In this document: piece by piece, positions 50,730 through 62,589 of the stretch
Position numbering within the stretch: position 1 is the stretch's first letter
How the letters are laid out: each line of letters starts with the position of its first letter
Assembly (NCBI GenBank): GCA_964016885.1
Contig: OZ024741.1
Location: forward strand, 188,356,001 to 188,420,000
Origin: Eledone cirrhosa
Lineage: Eukaryota
Length of the DNA: 64,000 bases
Reading direction: 5' to 3'
Program-made: the position numbers and the translations under genes
Notes under the pieces: model-generated
What the model saw: only the letters and a program-made list of their open reading frames with translations
What the model was told of the DNA's origin: nothing
Databases searched by the model: none

Positions 50730-51720
50730 GTCTCATCCACCCTCCTATTCCACCAATAAGTCACCCTCCTTCTCCCTGGAGACCTGCTCCAGCCACAGAT
50801 CTTGTTTGTCAACTTCAGCAGGTTACATTTCAGAAAACTGCCACTTCTCTATATTGCATATCTCTCCATTCATATTTAGATCGGGATCGCTGTTCTTTCC
50901 AACCACTCCTTTCTATGTTAAGTGGTCAGTACCAACATGTGCATTGGAGCCCTCCATTGGGATGTATGACTCAGTCTTAACTACATCTAACACTGTAGTG
51001 ACTTCATCAAGGAAGGATCTGTATTCAGACTCTCTATTTCATGCATAAACACACCACCCACAGATACCTTTCTTTCAACTTCCCGTCTTAATGGTATCCA
51101 GTCCATAACACATTCTGGCAGCCGGGAACTTATGAGTATCCCTACTACCACCTGTGCAGTCATTCCTGATGTCACACCTGAATAGTGGAGCTTCCATCCT
51201 CCATCCAAATCTACAGTACCAGAACCACAGAACTTTGTTGAGGAAACCCTGACTATACCTAACCAGTAGCATCTGGCTTCCTCTGTTAGTTCCAGCTCCT
51301 TACCTGTAAGGGTTGTAATATTCCAGTTGCCAATTGTTAAGGTTTGTGCCCTTCTGGACCTTCTTTTGGGTCTTGAAATACACAACTTTTGTGCATCCAT
51401 TGCACGCCTCCCAGGACAGGTTGCTGGCCCATCTCCAGTTTCTGCAGTATTGGATGGAATATGTTTCAAACAGGTCCCTCTACCTAAAGCCTGGATGTGT
51501 CCTTTGTTACTCCACATGAAGGACAATGCTGTATGAATGCTTTTATTACATCTAACCATATTGCAGCGTTTTGGTGGTCTTATTCATACTAGTCAACAAT
51601 TTGTTGCTGTTCTTAGACCCACAAAGATTAGACTTTTTTAGAAGTGGCCTTTACTCACCTCATCATAGCTACATCACTGGGTTGTGAGAGTTTCTTGGGA
51701 GTTAACATTGTCCCCCTTGC
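50730..51720 (-). mobile_element. Old RTE LINE 5' fragment (APE endonuclease)
   Basis: LTIGNWNITTLTGKELEL..GWKLHYSGV..VGIL; SNAHVG remnant. Confidence 0.8.
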
Positions 51721-51989
51721 TCCATCTTCCCTATAGAACTGATTTTGGATTGGTTTCTACAGCTGGATGCCTTTCCTAATGCCAACCACATTTACAGTGA
51801 GTACTGGGTGTTTTTTGTCATGACTCCTACATGAACACTTTACAATGTGGGCTGGGTGCTTTTTGTTGTGTCGCCATCACAACCACTTTACAGTGTGGGC
51901 TGGAGATGCATATTTATGATGTATGTGACTGGTCAGTAAGGGCACTACAGGTAACATGTAACCCAGTATATCCTGTTGCATGATTGAGT

Positions 51990-54662
51990 CATCATCATCA
52001 TCATCATCATCACCGTTTTACGTCCGTTCTTCCACACTAGCATGGGTTAGACGGGTTGTCCTGTTGTGGGCAGTGTCTGGTCAGCTGACCATGCCTTGCT
52101 CATACAGGAACTGATTTGGCTTGATTTCTACAGCTGGATGCCCTTCCTAACACCAACCTCATTTACAGTGAGTGCTGGGTGCTTTTTCGTGGCGCCTTCA
52201 CGTCCACTTTACAGTGTGGGCTGGGTGCTTTTTTGCCATGGCACCTCCACGACCACCTTGCGGTGGGGTGTGTGGGGGCATATTGTCTATATGCTTCAGC
52301 TTGTACCCATAGGAGGTCGGGTACTCTGTATTACTGCGTGATGTCAGAGGTCACGGTCGTGTGCCATTGCCTTTGAGAGGTGTAATTGGGTAAGGTCGGC
52401 TTTTATCACCTCATCCCAGGTCATCTTGGGTCTCCCCACTCCGCGGTTTCCATCGACTTCTAGTGCTCTGCACTTTTTTATACAGCTGTCATCCTTCATA
52501 CGCATCACATGTCCATACCAGCGCAACCGCCTCTCCTGCACACAGCATTTGATTCCTCTTATGCTTAGTCACTCTCTCAATTCATTTATGCTTTGTTGTT
52601 CACGTATATTACTGTTACACATCCATCAGAGCATGCAGGCTTCGTTTCTCTCTAATCTACGTCTTCCACATTCAGCGTCCAGGTCTCACTACCATGCAAC
52701 ATTGCTGTTCGGATACACGCATCATACAGTCTGCCTTTCATTCTGAGGGAGAAGACTTTTGCAGCTAGCAGTGGTAGTAGTTCCCTAAACTTCTTCCGTC
52801 CCGTTCTTACCCTAGTTATTGTACTTTCTGAACACCCACCTCCGCTGCTAATTTGGTCACCTAAGTAGCAGAAGCTGTCTACTGTTTCTACAGAGCCCTC
52901 CCAGAGATTGGTGGTACTTGTTTCCTGTGGCTGTTTGCTGCTTGCTGTCCCAGCACAGCTGCTGCATGTGAAGCCTACATTCTTAATTAAGCTTCCTGAG
53001 ATCCCGCTACATCTCTTGTGTACCCATTGTATGCATTTGGGGCAGAGAATGGAGTTCCTACCTACACCTTTCTTACATACTGAGCAAGGCCATTTCCCTG
53101 AGGGGATCTAGGTTCTGTTTTCTCGTCTACTTACAAGGACCTTAGTCTTTGTCATGTTGACTTTGAGACTCTTTCTCTCTAGTCCCTGCTTCCAAGTTTG
53201 GAATTTATTCTCTAGTTCTACCATAGATTCAGCTATGAGTGCGAGGTCATCAGCATACAGGAGTTCCCATGGGCATCCGGTCTTAAACTCCTCCGTTATT
53301 GGCTGCAGGACTATGATGAACAGGAGGGGGCTAAGAACAGAGCCCTGGTGGACCCCAACCTGTACGCTAAATTCCTCGCTATACTCATTGCTAATCCTAA
53401 CTTTGCTGACTGCTCCCCTATACATGGCTTGTACTGCTTTCACAAGCCATTCATCTACTAGTTTTCTAAGAGCCCACCAGATTACAGCATGTGGAACTCT
53501 GTCAAAGGCTTTCTCAAGGTCGACAAATGCCAAGTAGAGTGGCTTACTTTTAGCTAGGTACTTTTCCTGTAACTGCCTCACAAGGAAGAGGGCATCAGTG
53601 GTGCCTCTTCCTGGTACAAACCCAAATTGCATCTCGTCTATTTTCACCCGGTCCCTAATCAACTGTGCTATAACTCTTTCTGTTACTTTCATGACCTGGT
53701 CCATCAACTTTATACCTCTATAGTTTCCTCTATCTAGTGCATCGCCTTTACCTTTGTAGCAGTTGACAATGATGCTACTGCACCAATCTTTTGGTATGAC
53801 ACCTTCTAGTATTACCTGGTTAACAATACGTGTGGTTATAGTGTGACCTACAGACCCAGATGCCTTCAGCATCTCGGCAGCTATACCCGATGGACAGGTT
53901 GCCTTCCCCATCTTCATATCTTTGATTGCCTTACTTACTACGTTGCTGCTGACTTGTACTGCTGGCCCCTCTATAGGGTCTACTTGGGGTAGGGTCTCTT
54001 CTTCCCATGCATTCTCCTCATTTAGTTATCTATCATAATGACTCTTCCATGCATCTTTCTTCTCAGCACTTGTGAGGGCAAGCTCACCTTTATCATTCCG
54101 GATACACTTCTCTCCAATGACATCACAACTATCTTTGACACACTACCTCGCAATCTTGAACACCTCCTGTTTCTGGTCCTCACGTTGCAAAACATGCTTG
54201 AATTTTCTATCCTCTGCTTCCCTCCTAGTTAAGTATACTTGTCGCCTAGCTTCCCTCTTGGTCTCTAATGTACCCTGCTCCCCCCGTTCTTCCATTCTTT
54301 CCATGCCTGTCTCTTGGCCTTAACTGCTTCATCTACCTTATTGTTCCACCACCAAGTCACTCTCCTCCTGCTTGAGGTCTTACTCCAGCCACAGACCTCA
54401 TCCGTCGCCTCTAGTAAATTATTTTTTAGGAACTCCCAGTTCTCTTCTACGTTGAATGTCTCTATCTGTTCTTCTTTACTGTCTTAGGCGTTGAGTAAAA
54501 TTTCTTTAAATCTGTTACTGGTTGAGGGGACTTTCAGCTTCCAGATCTTTCTTCTCCAGGTTGGCCTCTGTTTCCAGGTTCGTCTAGTTCTGACCGTGAG
54601 GTCACTGACAACTAAGCTATGTTGGGATGTACATTCCTCACTAGGGAAGGCTTTTGTGTTTT
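51990..54662 (-). mobile_element. RTE LINE family A, 5'-truncated, few lesions
   Basis: RT motifs NYRGIKLM, QFGF, FVDLEKAFDRVP, GVHQGSVLSPLLF, LLYADD; stops and frameshifts present; (ATG)n tail. Confidence 0.97.
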
Positions 54663-54898
54663 GAGTCAGCAGCAACTAAACTAGTAACCTTACTAAACCT
54701 GCTTGGTGAGAAGAGTGATTTGAGGACACCACGAGGAAAGAAATACAAAATTTGTCAAAAACCGAAGGAACTTATGTATTATTGTGTGTGTATGTAAATA
54801 TACATGAAAGAAGGATACTGTTACTTGAAACCTGCTTGAAGTCTTTGGCCATCTTGTTTTATTTTTGCTTGTTGCTAGCTTCAAACAAACATTTAAAG

Positions 54899-55227
54899 CA
54901 GAGTTTCTCAAACTTTGGTGCCAGCACCTCCCTCACAGTCACATAATACCCTCAGTGCACCCCCAACCCTATTTCCAGAGAGACCTGCCTACACACAAAT
55001 TGTGAATAATATATAATAAATAAAATCATCAATATATATATAATAAATAATATAATATATACTACGTATGAATAAATATTATATATTTTTTATTTTACTA
55101 TATTTATATATATATGTATCATTTGATATTTAATGTACTATTATATCATCTCTACCCCCCCCCCCATCGCCCCTAGACCTTCATAACGCCCCCCGGGTGA
55201 CAATAGCTCCCACTTTGAGAACCTCTG
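54899..55227. mobile_element. hAT (Charlie-type) MITE
   Basis: TIRs CAGAGTTTCTCAAA / TTTGAGAACCTCTG, perfect 8-bp TSD ATTTAAAG. Confidence 0.92.
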
Positions 55228-55644
55228 ATTTAAAGAGTCGCTCTCGTGTCACAACCATTTATCACTATAAAATCCGATGTGTATATGTGTTTTCTTTTTT
55301 GTCCAGATATTTTTTCTTCCCTCTTTACCCTTGACATCACCCTCCACAAGTCAGAACATGGACATTTTGGAGTCATATACAAATGGTAGACACTTCATTA
55401 CAGTCATTGTATCATGTGAATCTGTGACAATGAAATACTGACACACTTGTAGCTTCATCACTCAGAAGGTGTAGTGTAGGAGGAAGCAATTACAATTCTT
55501 TGGTTGTTGCTGCTGCATCCTACATTGAAGTGCTGTTGGCGCCTACATAGTGGGTGTCTTGTCATGTTAGTGAATATTTTTCTACATTGAAACTGCATGA
55601 TGGGGAGGCATTGCAATTTTCAAGTGAAGGAGGATATATATATA

Positions 55645-56334
55645 TATATATAATATAAAAGAAAGATGTTTATTGGTTGGTTGGTTGGTTGGTTGGTTGG
55701 TTGGTTGAATCACACAAAAGCTACACACACACACATCTAAAGAAAGAGAGACACAGAGGGAGAGGCAGAAAGAGAGAGATAGGCCGTTATACTGAGAAGG
55801 ATACAATTAACATGTTAGATATCCAGAGAGAGAGAGTGACATCCCACATTGCTTAAACTGTAGATCAAAGTATATCAGTTGAAGGTTTAACAATATTACG
55901 TTAGCTTTTATAAAGTAGTTTTACAGTCTTTGATTTTACAGAACAAAGAAAAATTGATACTATTTGAAATGAATCTACCCTCCAGCTTTTATCCATATAC
56001 TACTTACAGACCGTACTAACGAAGCAACACTTCAGAAGCAATGTTATGCGGTATATTGCTGTATTTCAGATGACGTCCTTTGGAGCTGAAAAAGATCATA
56101 CTGACTATGGTTATTTCACATTTAAAATCCAAGGCCAATACTACCATTTAATCGGCAGTTTACTATCCCAGCTTAATAAGGAAGTTTTATGATTGTTCTG
56201 TTTATGTCTCTCTCACACACTCACACACATTATGGACTCACCTCATACCAGACAACACATCCAATACAGTCGTTTTCTCTTTTATCTATCTTCTCTTAGC
56301 TGTTCTCCCGGGTGAATCTGGGTACCTCAGCTAG
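55645..56334 (+). mobile_element. Non-autonomous Helitron
   Basis: 5' TATAAAAG plus (GGTT)n; 3' hairpin CCCGGG-TGAA-TCTGGG (56307-56322) then CTAG (56331-56334) followed by T; 5' end approximate. Confidence 0.7.
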
Positions 56335-56509
56335 TATATATATATATGCAAGCATGGGAAATAGACTTTAAGCTGTGGTGATAATGATTTCTCCCAAGTG
56401 AAACAGTTCTAGTCCTGTAGAAGCCTTTCTATATTAAATATTTATACTCTGCTTTGTATTGAGTACTTTACTTACTGTGGTTACCCCCGATTGAACCCGG
56501 GATAAACTT

Positions 56510-56853
56510 CATCATCATCATCATCATTTCATTTTACGTCCACTTTTCCCTGCTTGCAAGAGTGGGACGGGAACTGATTCTGGCTTGATTTCTACAGCTG
56601 GATGCCCTTCCTAACACCAACCTCATTTACAGTGAGTGCTGGGTGCTTTTTGTCGTGGCACCTCCATGACCACTTTGCAGTGGAATGATAGGGACTGGGG
56701 TCCCTATCATCTCATTTCTACAGCTGAGTAAACTGGAGCAATGTGAAATAAAGTGTCTTGCTCAAGGAAACAACACATCACCCGGTCTGATAATTGAACT
56801 CACAACCTTTCGATTGCAAGGCAAATGCTCTAACCACTAAGCCATGTGCCTCC
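56510..56853 (-). mobile_element. SINE family A, full length
   Basis: Consensus match; AAACTT on both sides. Confidence 0.92.
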
Positions 56854-56874
56854 AAACTTTTATATATATATATA

Positions 56875-57477
56875 TGGTGGCTGCCAACTCGTTTTCGAGT
56901 ACGGCCACTACTTTATATCCATGTAGGAGAACCCCTACTGATGCGCTGAACGAGTGTGACTTTTTAGTCCAGCCAGCGACTTGAAAACTCTGGTACAAAC
57001 ACTACACTTGTGACAATTATTGACACATAGTGTTGGGCCCATGGTACCATGTGACGACAAGTGCAGAGAGATTTCCAGATATAAAGCAATGCTTGTGCCG
57101 TGAAGCTTTTATAGTGAGCAAAGGCACTGCACAAAGCCAGTCCCACTCTCTTAACCAAGATGATATTTACCAAAAAGAAGAACAAGTCAACATCATTGGA
57201 TACCATCAGGGTTGCAGGTGTTATATCAGAGTTTTCCTTCTCCTAGAATTCTGCCTTGACAAAGGGGTCATCTCTCCCGGTGATTTTGGATGGCCATTGA
57301 CTCTTAAGAGCTCCTTTGCCCTTTGACAGGTTTTGTTTTTAGTCCTGCAGGATGTCCAAAGTCACCCTCCTCACCAAGAAACCTTGGTGGGGTTGCCAGT
57401 TTAGTCGCCAACGACCCGACCATGAGACAGGTTGTACTGGGATACATGTTACCAGTAGCACCAACTGGTGACCTAAC
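56875..57477 (-). mobile_element. Non-coding RTE-leader-like element
   Basis: CTAGGAGAAGGAAAACTCTG block typical of RTE 5' regions; TA-type microsatellites at both ends. Confidence 0.55.
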
Positions 57478-57512
57478 ATATATATATACATACATACATA
57501 CATACATACATA

Positions 57513-58977
57513 CTCAATTGGACGATAGACGAAATCCGAGCAGTTGATGTTGGAACTCGAAAAATACTGAACAACACCGGAAACTTCCACATCAACAGTG
57601 ACATAGACCACCTTTACTTGAAACGTAAGCAGGAGGTAGAGGCCTAACATCAGTCCAGACAACATTTGAATGTCGCATCATATCTCTCCGACAACATCTA
57701 CGAACCTCGAAGCGTAGGAGCCCGCTTCTCGAGCAAGTCTATCTGCATGAAACAGATAAGATCATGAGAGTTGGGAAGGAACTCCTTGAGAGATATTCCC
57801 TGTGTGATAATCAAAAACTCACACCCAGAGATGTCGCTCAGCAGTATCGCAGTGAATCCATGGATGAAAAACTGCATGCCTATCAGCAAAAAATCATGCA
57901 TGGATATGTTGCCAGGAAGCTCCAGAGTGAGAGTAATATAGATAAGGAAAGTAGTCTATCTTGGACCAACAACCGCTATATTGGCTCCCACTTTGAAGGA
58001 TACGCTTTTGCAATCCAAGAACAGGAGATTAGCACAAAATACCTGATTCACAAAAGAGATAGGGGTGCAGGCAAAACACCTAGATGTGATAACAAGTGCA
58101 GACTCTGCAGAACTAACATCGAGGATATCACCCATGTCATCAGCAGCTGCCCAAAGATGTCATCGCGGTACTATCTACCTATGAGGCATGATGTAGTGGC
58201 CAAAACACTGTACAATGCAGTTCGTAAAAAAGATAGCCCCGATAATAAACACATTAAAAGCTACAACAATGTGGAAGACATCTATGTACATAATATGAAA
58301 GAGTACTGGTGGAATGTTCCAGTAAAAACCCCAATAAAATGCAGGCATAACAGACCAGATATTATGATATGAGACAGGAAGAAGAAAACATGCACAGTAG
58401 TGGAAATTAGCTGCCCAGCAGATGCCAATATAATATCAAAGATTAGTGAAAAGGAGAATATTTATGCAGAACTGATGAGAAATCTGCAGATACTCCACCC
58501 TGATTACACCTTCAGATTTATGACTGTGATTATTGGGGCACTGGGATAATTTCACAAACTGCATTGTACAGTGTTTTGGCCACTACATCATGCCTCATAG
58601 GTAGATAGTTAGTAACTGCCTCAATACAAATCTTGAGAAGCTAGGCTTCACAGGAACGGAAAGGACACAACTAGTTAGGAAATTACAAGTACAATCCATT
58701 AATGGAACAGTAAAAATATGTAAAACATTCCAAAAATTTTGCATCTAATAACTGCATATACACATGTACAGATACAAAGCATATACACATGCACACATAC
58801 AACTCAAAATATACACATCCACACATACAATAACATCCATATCTACACATGCATGCATACATACATATCTACCTAGTTGATGTTGTGTAAATTCCTATGA
58901 GAGAGTCTTGTGTCTATGTTAGAAACCAACTCTCTCTCTATTGGTAAAACTTTGTGAAATTATAAAACCAGAAGAAC

Positions 58978-58980
<3 letters not shown>
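57513..58980 (+). mobile_element. R4/Dong-like non-LTR retrotransposon, 3' part
   Basis: LYL.RK..GRGL, AIQEQEI, CRLC..EDITHVISSC zinc knuckle, RHD, NRPDI..VVEISCP endonuclease, VIIGALG; in-frame stop at 58370-58372. Confidence 0.9.
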
Positions 58981-59039
<59 letters not shown>

Positions 59040-59049
59040 TATTTACATA

Positions 59050-59298
59050 TCGAGAGAGAGAAAAAAAGGGGAGGATAGGTGATACATAAAGTTATTTGCC
59101 AAGTAGCGTATGCCAAAGGTGCTCGATACTAGTGCCGGCAGTATTTAATATTCGAAGTGTTAATATTTAGTAGGCTAGAGAATTAGCAGAGCGTAAGCAC
59201 GTGGGAAAGTAAGAAATCGGAGAATAGACCGTTAAAACATGTTTATTTAAATAAACATGTTTTAACGGTCTATTCTCCGATTTCTTACTTTCCCACGT
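59050..59298 (-). mobile_element. Short remnant with terminal palindrome 59199-59298
   Basis: ACGTGGGAAAGTAAGAAATCGGAGAATAGACCGTTAAAACATGTTT mirrored exactly; (TA)n flanks. Confidence 0.7.
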
Positions 59299-59330
<32 letters not shown>

Positions 59331-59369
59331 GTATTAAATAAATGGAAACTATATTTATAAAACCATATT

Positions 59370-59429
59370 TATTCTATTATATATTTCAAGGGTACCAAAA
59401 ACTTTGGTACGCTTTCATCAGATAAAATA
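59370..59429 (-). ncRNA. Type I hammerhead ribozyme with intact core, in palindrome 59321-59656
   Basis: TATTTTAT-CTGATGA-AAGCGTACCAAA-GTT-TTTGGTACCCTT-GAAA-TATA-TA-ATAGAATA; predicted cut between 59378 and 59377; the plus arm has lost stem III. Confidence 0.8.
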
Positions 59430-59789
59430 CAAAGTGTGTTTTATAAATTTTGATATAGCCAAGGAAACATACCTTATCAGTTGAACTACCCAAGGAAAAT
59501 TCAACTGAATAGGTATGTTTCCTTGGCTATGTCAAAATTTATAAAACACATTTTGTATTTTATCTGATGAAAGCGTACCAAAATTTTTGGTACCCTTGAA
59601 TAGAATAAATATGGTTTTATAAATATAGTTTCCATTTATTTAATATCATTGTATATTTACTCCAGAAAATCTGTCGAGTGCTATGAATCAGTTATAAACA
59701 TTTACATTTGTTGAATTTCCAACAAATTAAATATCCCTTCTACTTATATATATATTGGAAAATGTGTGAGATCCTTGGTACAGTTAGGT

Positions 59790-59940
59790 ATATTTGAAAA
59801 AAAGGAAAAAAATGACTTCACTTGTAGTGTTAAAAAATTTGATTTCATTTTATATTATTATATATCATAATATTATAAAATTAAATCAAATTGTTTAACA
59901 CTACAAGTGAAGTCATTCTTTTTTTTTTTTTTAAATATAT
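59790..59940. repeat. Palindromic remnant
   Basis: AATGACTTCACTTGTAGTGTTAAA / TTTAACACTACAAGTGAAGTCATT. Confidence 0.8.
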
Positions 59941-60002
59941 ATATATAGACATATATATTAGAGTTTCACCTGTGCATTCACAGGATCATGAGACAAAACT
60001 CA

Positions 60003-60059
60003 GAGTCTTGTCTGATGATCCCGTCAGTGCACAGGTGATACTCCACAGTAACAAGACTC
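60003..60059 (+). ncRNA. Type I hammerhead fold (GATA in place of GAAA) with inverted 5' copy at 59961-60001
   Basis: 9-bp stem I GAGTCTTGT/ACAAGACTC, CTGATGA, stem III ACT-CCAC-AGT, GUA; the inverted copy retains GAAA and stem II CCTGTG/CACAGG. Confidence 0.75.
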
Positions 60060-60143
60060 ACCACTTAGCCCTAATAAAGGATATCTAAACTCTTCTTCAG
60101 TATTGAGATCTCATTTTCATGCCTGTCAATATCATATGTATAT

Positions 60144-60490
60144 GGAGGCACATGGCTTAGTGGTTAGAACATTGGCCTTGCAATCGAAAGGTTGTGAGTT
60201 CAATTCTGAGACCGGGTGATGTGTTGTTTCCTTGAGCAAGACACTTTATTTCACATTGCTCCAGTTTACTCAGCTGTAGAAATGAGATGATAGGGACTGG
60301 GGTCCATATCGTCCACTGCAAAGTGGTCGTGAAGGTGCCACGACAAAAAAGCACCCAGCACTCACTGTAAATGAGGTTGGTGTTAGGAAGGGCAACCAGC
60401 TGTAGAAATCAAGCCAGAATCAGTTCCCGTCCCATCCTTGCAAGCAGGCAAAAAGCGGACATAAAATGAAATGATGATGATGAATGATGA
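60144..60490 (+). mobile_element. SINE family A, full length
   Basis: Consensus match. Confidence 0.92.
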
Positions 60491-61033
60491 TATGATGTAT
60501 ATCTATCTTCTTGTTCTTCATCTTCTTTGCTCACTTATTCCTGGGAGAGTTATGGGGGCAGGGTCTCCAAGCACGCCATCCAGTCATTCCTATTAGAAAC
60601 AACTGTCTCTAATTGATCCAGCCAAGCTCATGGATGTTATCCAACCATCTTGCTCAGGGTCTACCCCTGGGTCACCTGCTGGTTGGTTTTGCCCATAAAA
60701 TCTGTCCAGCAATTCTTTCCTGAGACATTTTAACCTCCTCATCAAGTAACATTATTCCAAAGACCCTTCGGAGGAACCCCATTTTGGCCTCTTGCATTTG
60801 TGATCAACTATAAGGTTTTGAGCAAAACACTCAGCTTCTTCATTCTGCTACAACAATGTCTCCAATAACTGGGCCACAAACAATGCATGTCAGATTGGAT
60901 GATCCTGAAAAGAGTTGGCCTCTGGCAAAAGAGCACAACTGGTATCCCATCTTCATTTCAGAGATGTATGTGAGACATGAGATTACTGAACCTGAAGGTT
61001 GAAATGTGAGAGTATATTGCAAGAAATTACTCG

Positions 61034-61087
<54 letters not shown>

Positions 61088-61089
<2 letters not shown>

Positions 61090-61292
61090 GATCAGGGTTC
61101 TATCTTTCCTACTTACTAACACTTTACTTTTTGCTAAGTTTACTCTCTGACCTTTTGATTCCAAATTCTGTTTCCATAGGAACTTATTCTTTAGATCTTT
61201 TATAGATTCAGCTATAAAGACCAGATCATCAGCATAGAGAAGTTCCCATGGACAAGCAGTCATAAATTCCTTTGTTATGGCTTGGAGAACTA
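61088..61292 (-). mobile_element. RTE RT fragment between TA runs
   Basis: CPWELLYADDLV. Confidence 0.85.
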
Positions 61293-61307
61293 TATATATA
61301 TATATAT

Positions 61308-62346
61308 AAGGCTTACTACCCTGTCTTTAACCTAATTCATTCAATCTGAAAATATTGAAGAGATAAGACACTTTGCCATTCTTCTCTGCTAAAATGTACC
61401 ACTAGAGCTGATTCAAATTTTCCCAGCCAGCCATCCACCTAATCTACGAAGGTATTTTAGCCTACATATTGTCGTTAATATTATGATGTTCCCAGCTGTA
61501 TTAGCGTTAAATTTTCCCTGCTGTATTAGCGATAAATTTTCGAGGGTTTCTCTTAGTAGCTTTTTCATGTCGTTAATATTATGATGTTCCCTGCTGTATT
61601 AGCGTTAAATTTTCCCTGCTGTATTAGCGATAAATTTTCGAGGGTTTCTCTTAGTAGCTTTTTCATGTCGTTAATATTATGATGTTCCCTGCTGTATTAG
61701 CGTTAAATTTTCCCTGCTGTATTAGCGATAAATTTTCGAGGGTTTCTCTTAGTAGCTTTTTTCATGACGTTATTATTGTTAATTTTACTGATGTAGTATT
61801 AACTTATTAACTTGGATATTTACCATGCGGTATTCTAATCCTATTGTATCTCTCTCAGTTATTTACCATGCGACCCTCAGTTCCTACCCCCCCCCCCCCT
61901 CTATGCACTTCTTTAAGGCTTACTACCCTGTCTTTAACCTAATTCATTCAATCTGAAAATATTGAAGAGATAAGACACTTTGCCATTCTTCTCTGCTAAA
62001 ATGTACCACTAGAGCTGATTCAAATTTTCCCAGCCAGCCATCCACCTAATCTACGAAGGTATTTTAGCCTACATATTGTCGTTAATATTATGATGTTCCC
62101 TGCTGTATTAGCGTTAAATTTTCCCTGCTGTATTAGCGATAAATTTTCGAGGGTTTCTCTTAGTAGCTTTTTCATGTCGTTAATATTATGATGTTCCCTG
62201 CTGTATTAGCGTTAAATTTTCCCTGCTGTATTAGCGATAAATTTTCGAGGGTTTCTCTTAGTAGCTTTTTTCATGACGTTATTATTGTTAATTTTACTGA
62301 TGTAGTATTAACTTGGATATTTACCATGCGACCCTCAGTTCCTACC
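61308..62346 (+). repeat. Nested tandem repeat: two units (from 61308 and 61915) containing three and two 98-bp monomers
   Basis: Monomers start at 61471, 61569, 61667 and 62078, 62176; copies almost identical. Confidence 0.95.
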
Positions 62347-62589
62347 TCACAATTTCCCTCCCCCCCACCCCCACACACCACCATAGTCTATTCGACCAAT
62401 CAAACCTAGCATGCCATTTCCACTGCTGCTGCTGCTACTACCTGCCTAACTAACTCTCTCCTCCTCTGGCGCATCCCAACACACCCTGCCATTACCCCAC
62501 CACCACTGTCCTTCTAGCCCTCAATTTTCCCACCGTTAGGGATGGATGAGCTGGGAATACACGAGCAACTCTGAATCAATAGATGAAAT

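Noticed and set aside
55330-55620. Helitron coding fragment
   Set aside because: No diagnostic motif recovered
58875-58950. Hammerhead in the R4/Dong 3' UTR (GAAA-CCAA..TTGG-TA)
   Set aside because: No CUGANGA box or stem II
61470-62275. CRISPR array or hammerhead retrozyme
   Set aside because: Units repeat in full with no unique spacers, no cas genes, eukaryotic context, no ribozyme core found
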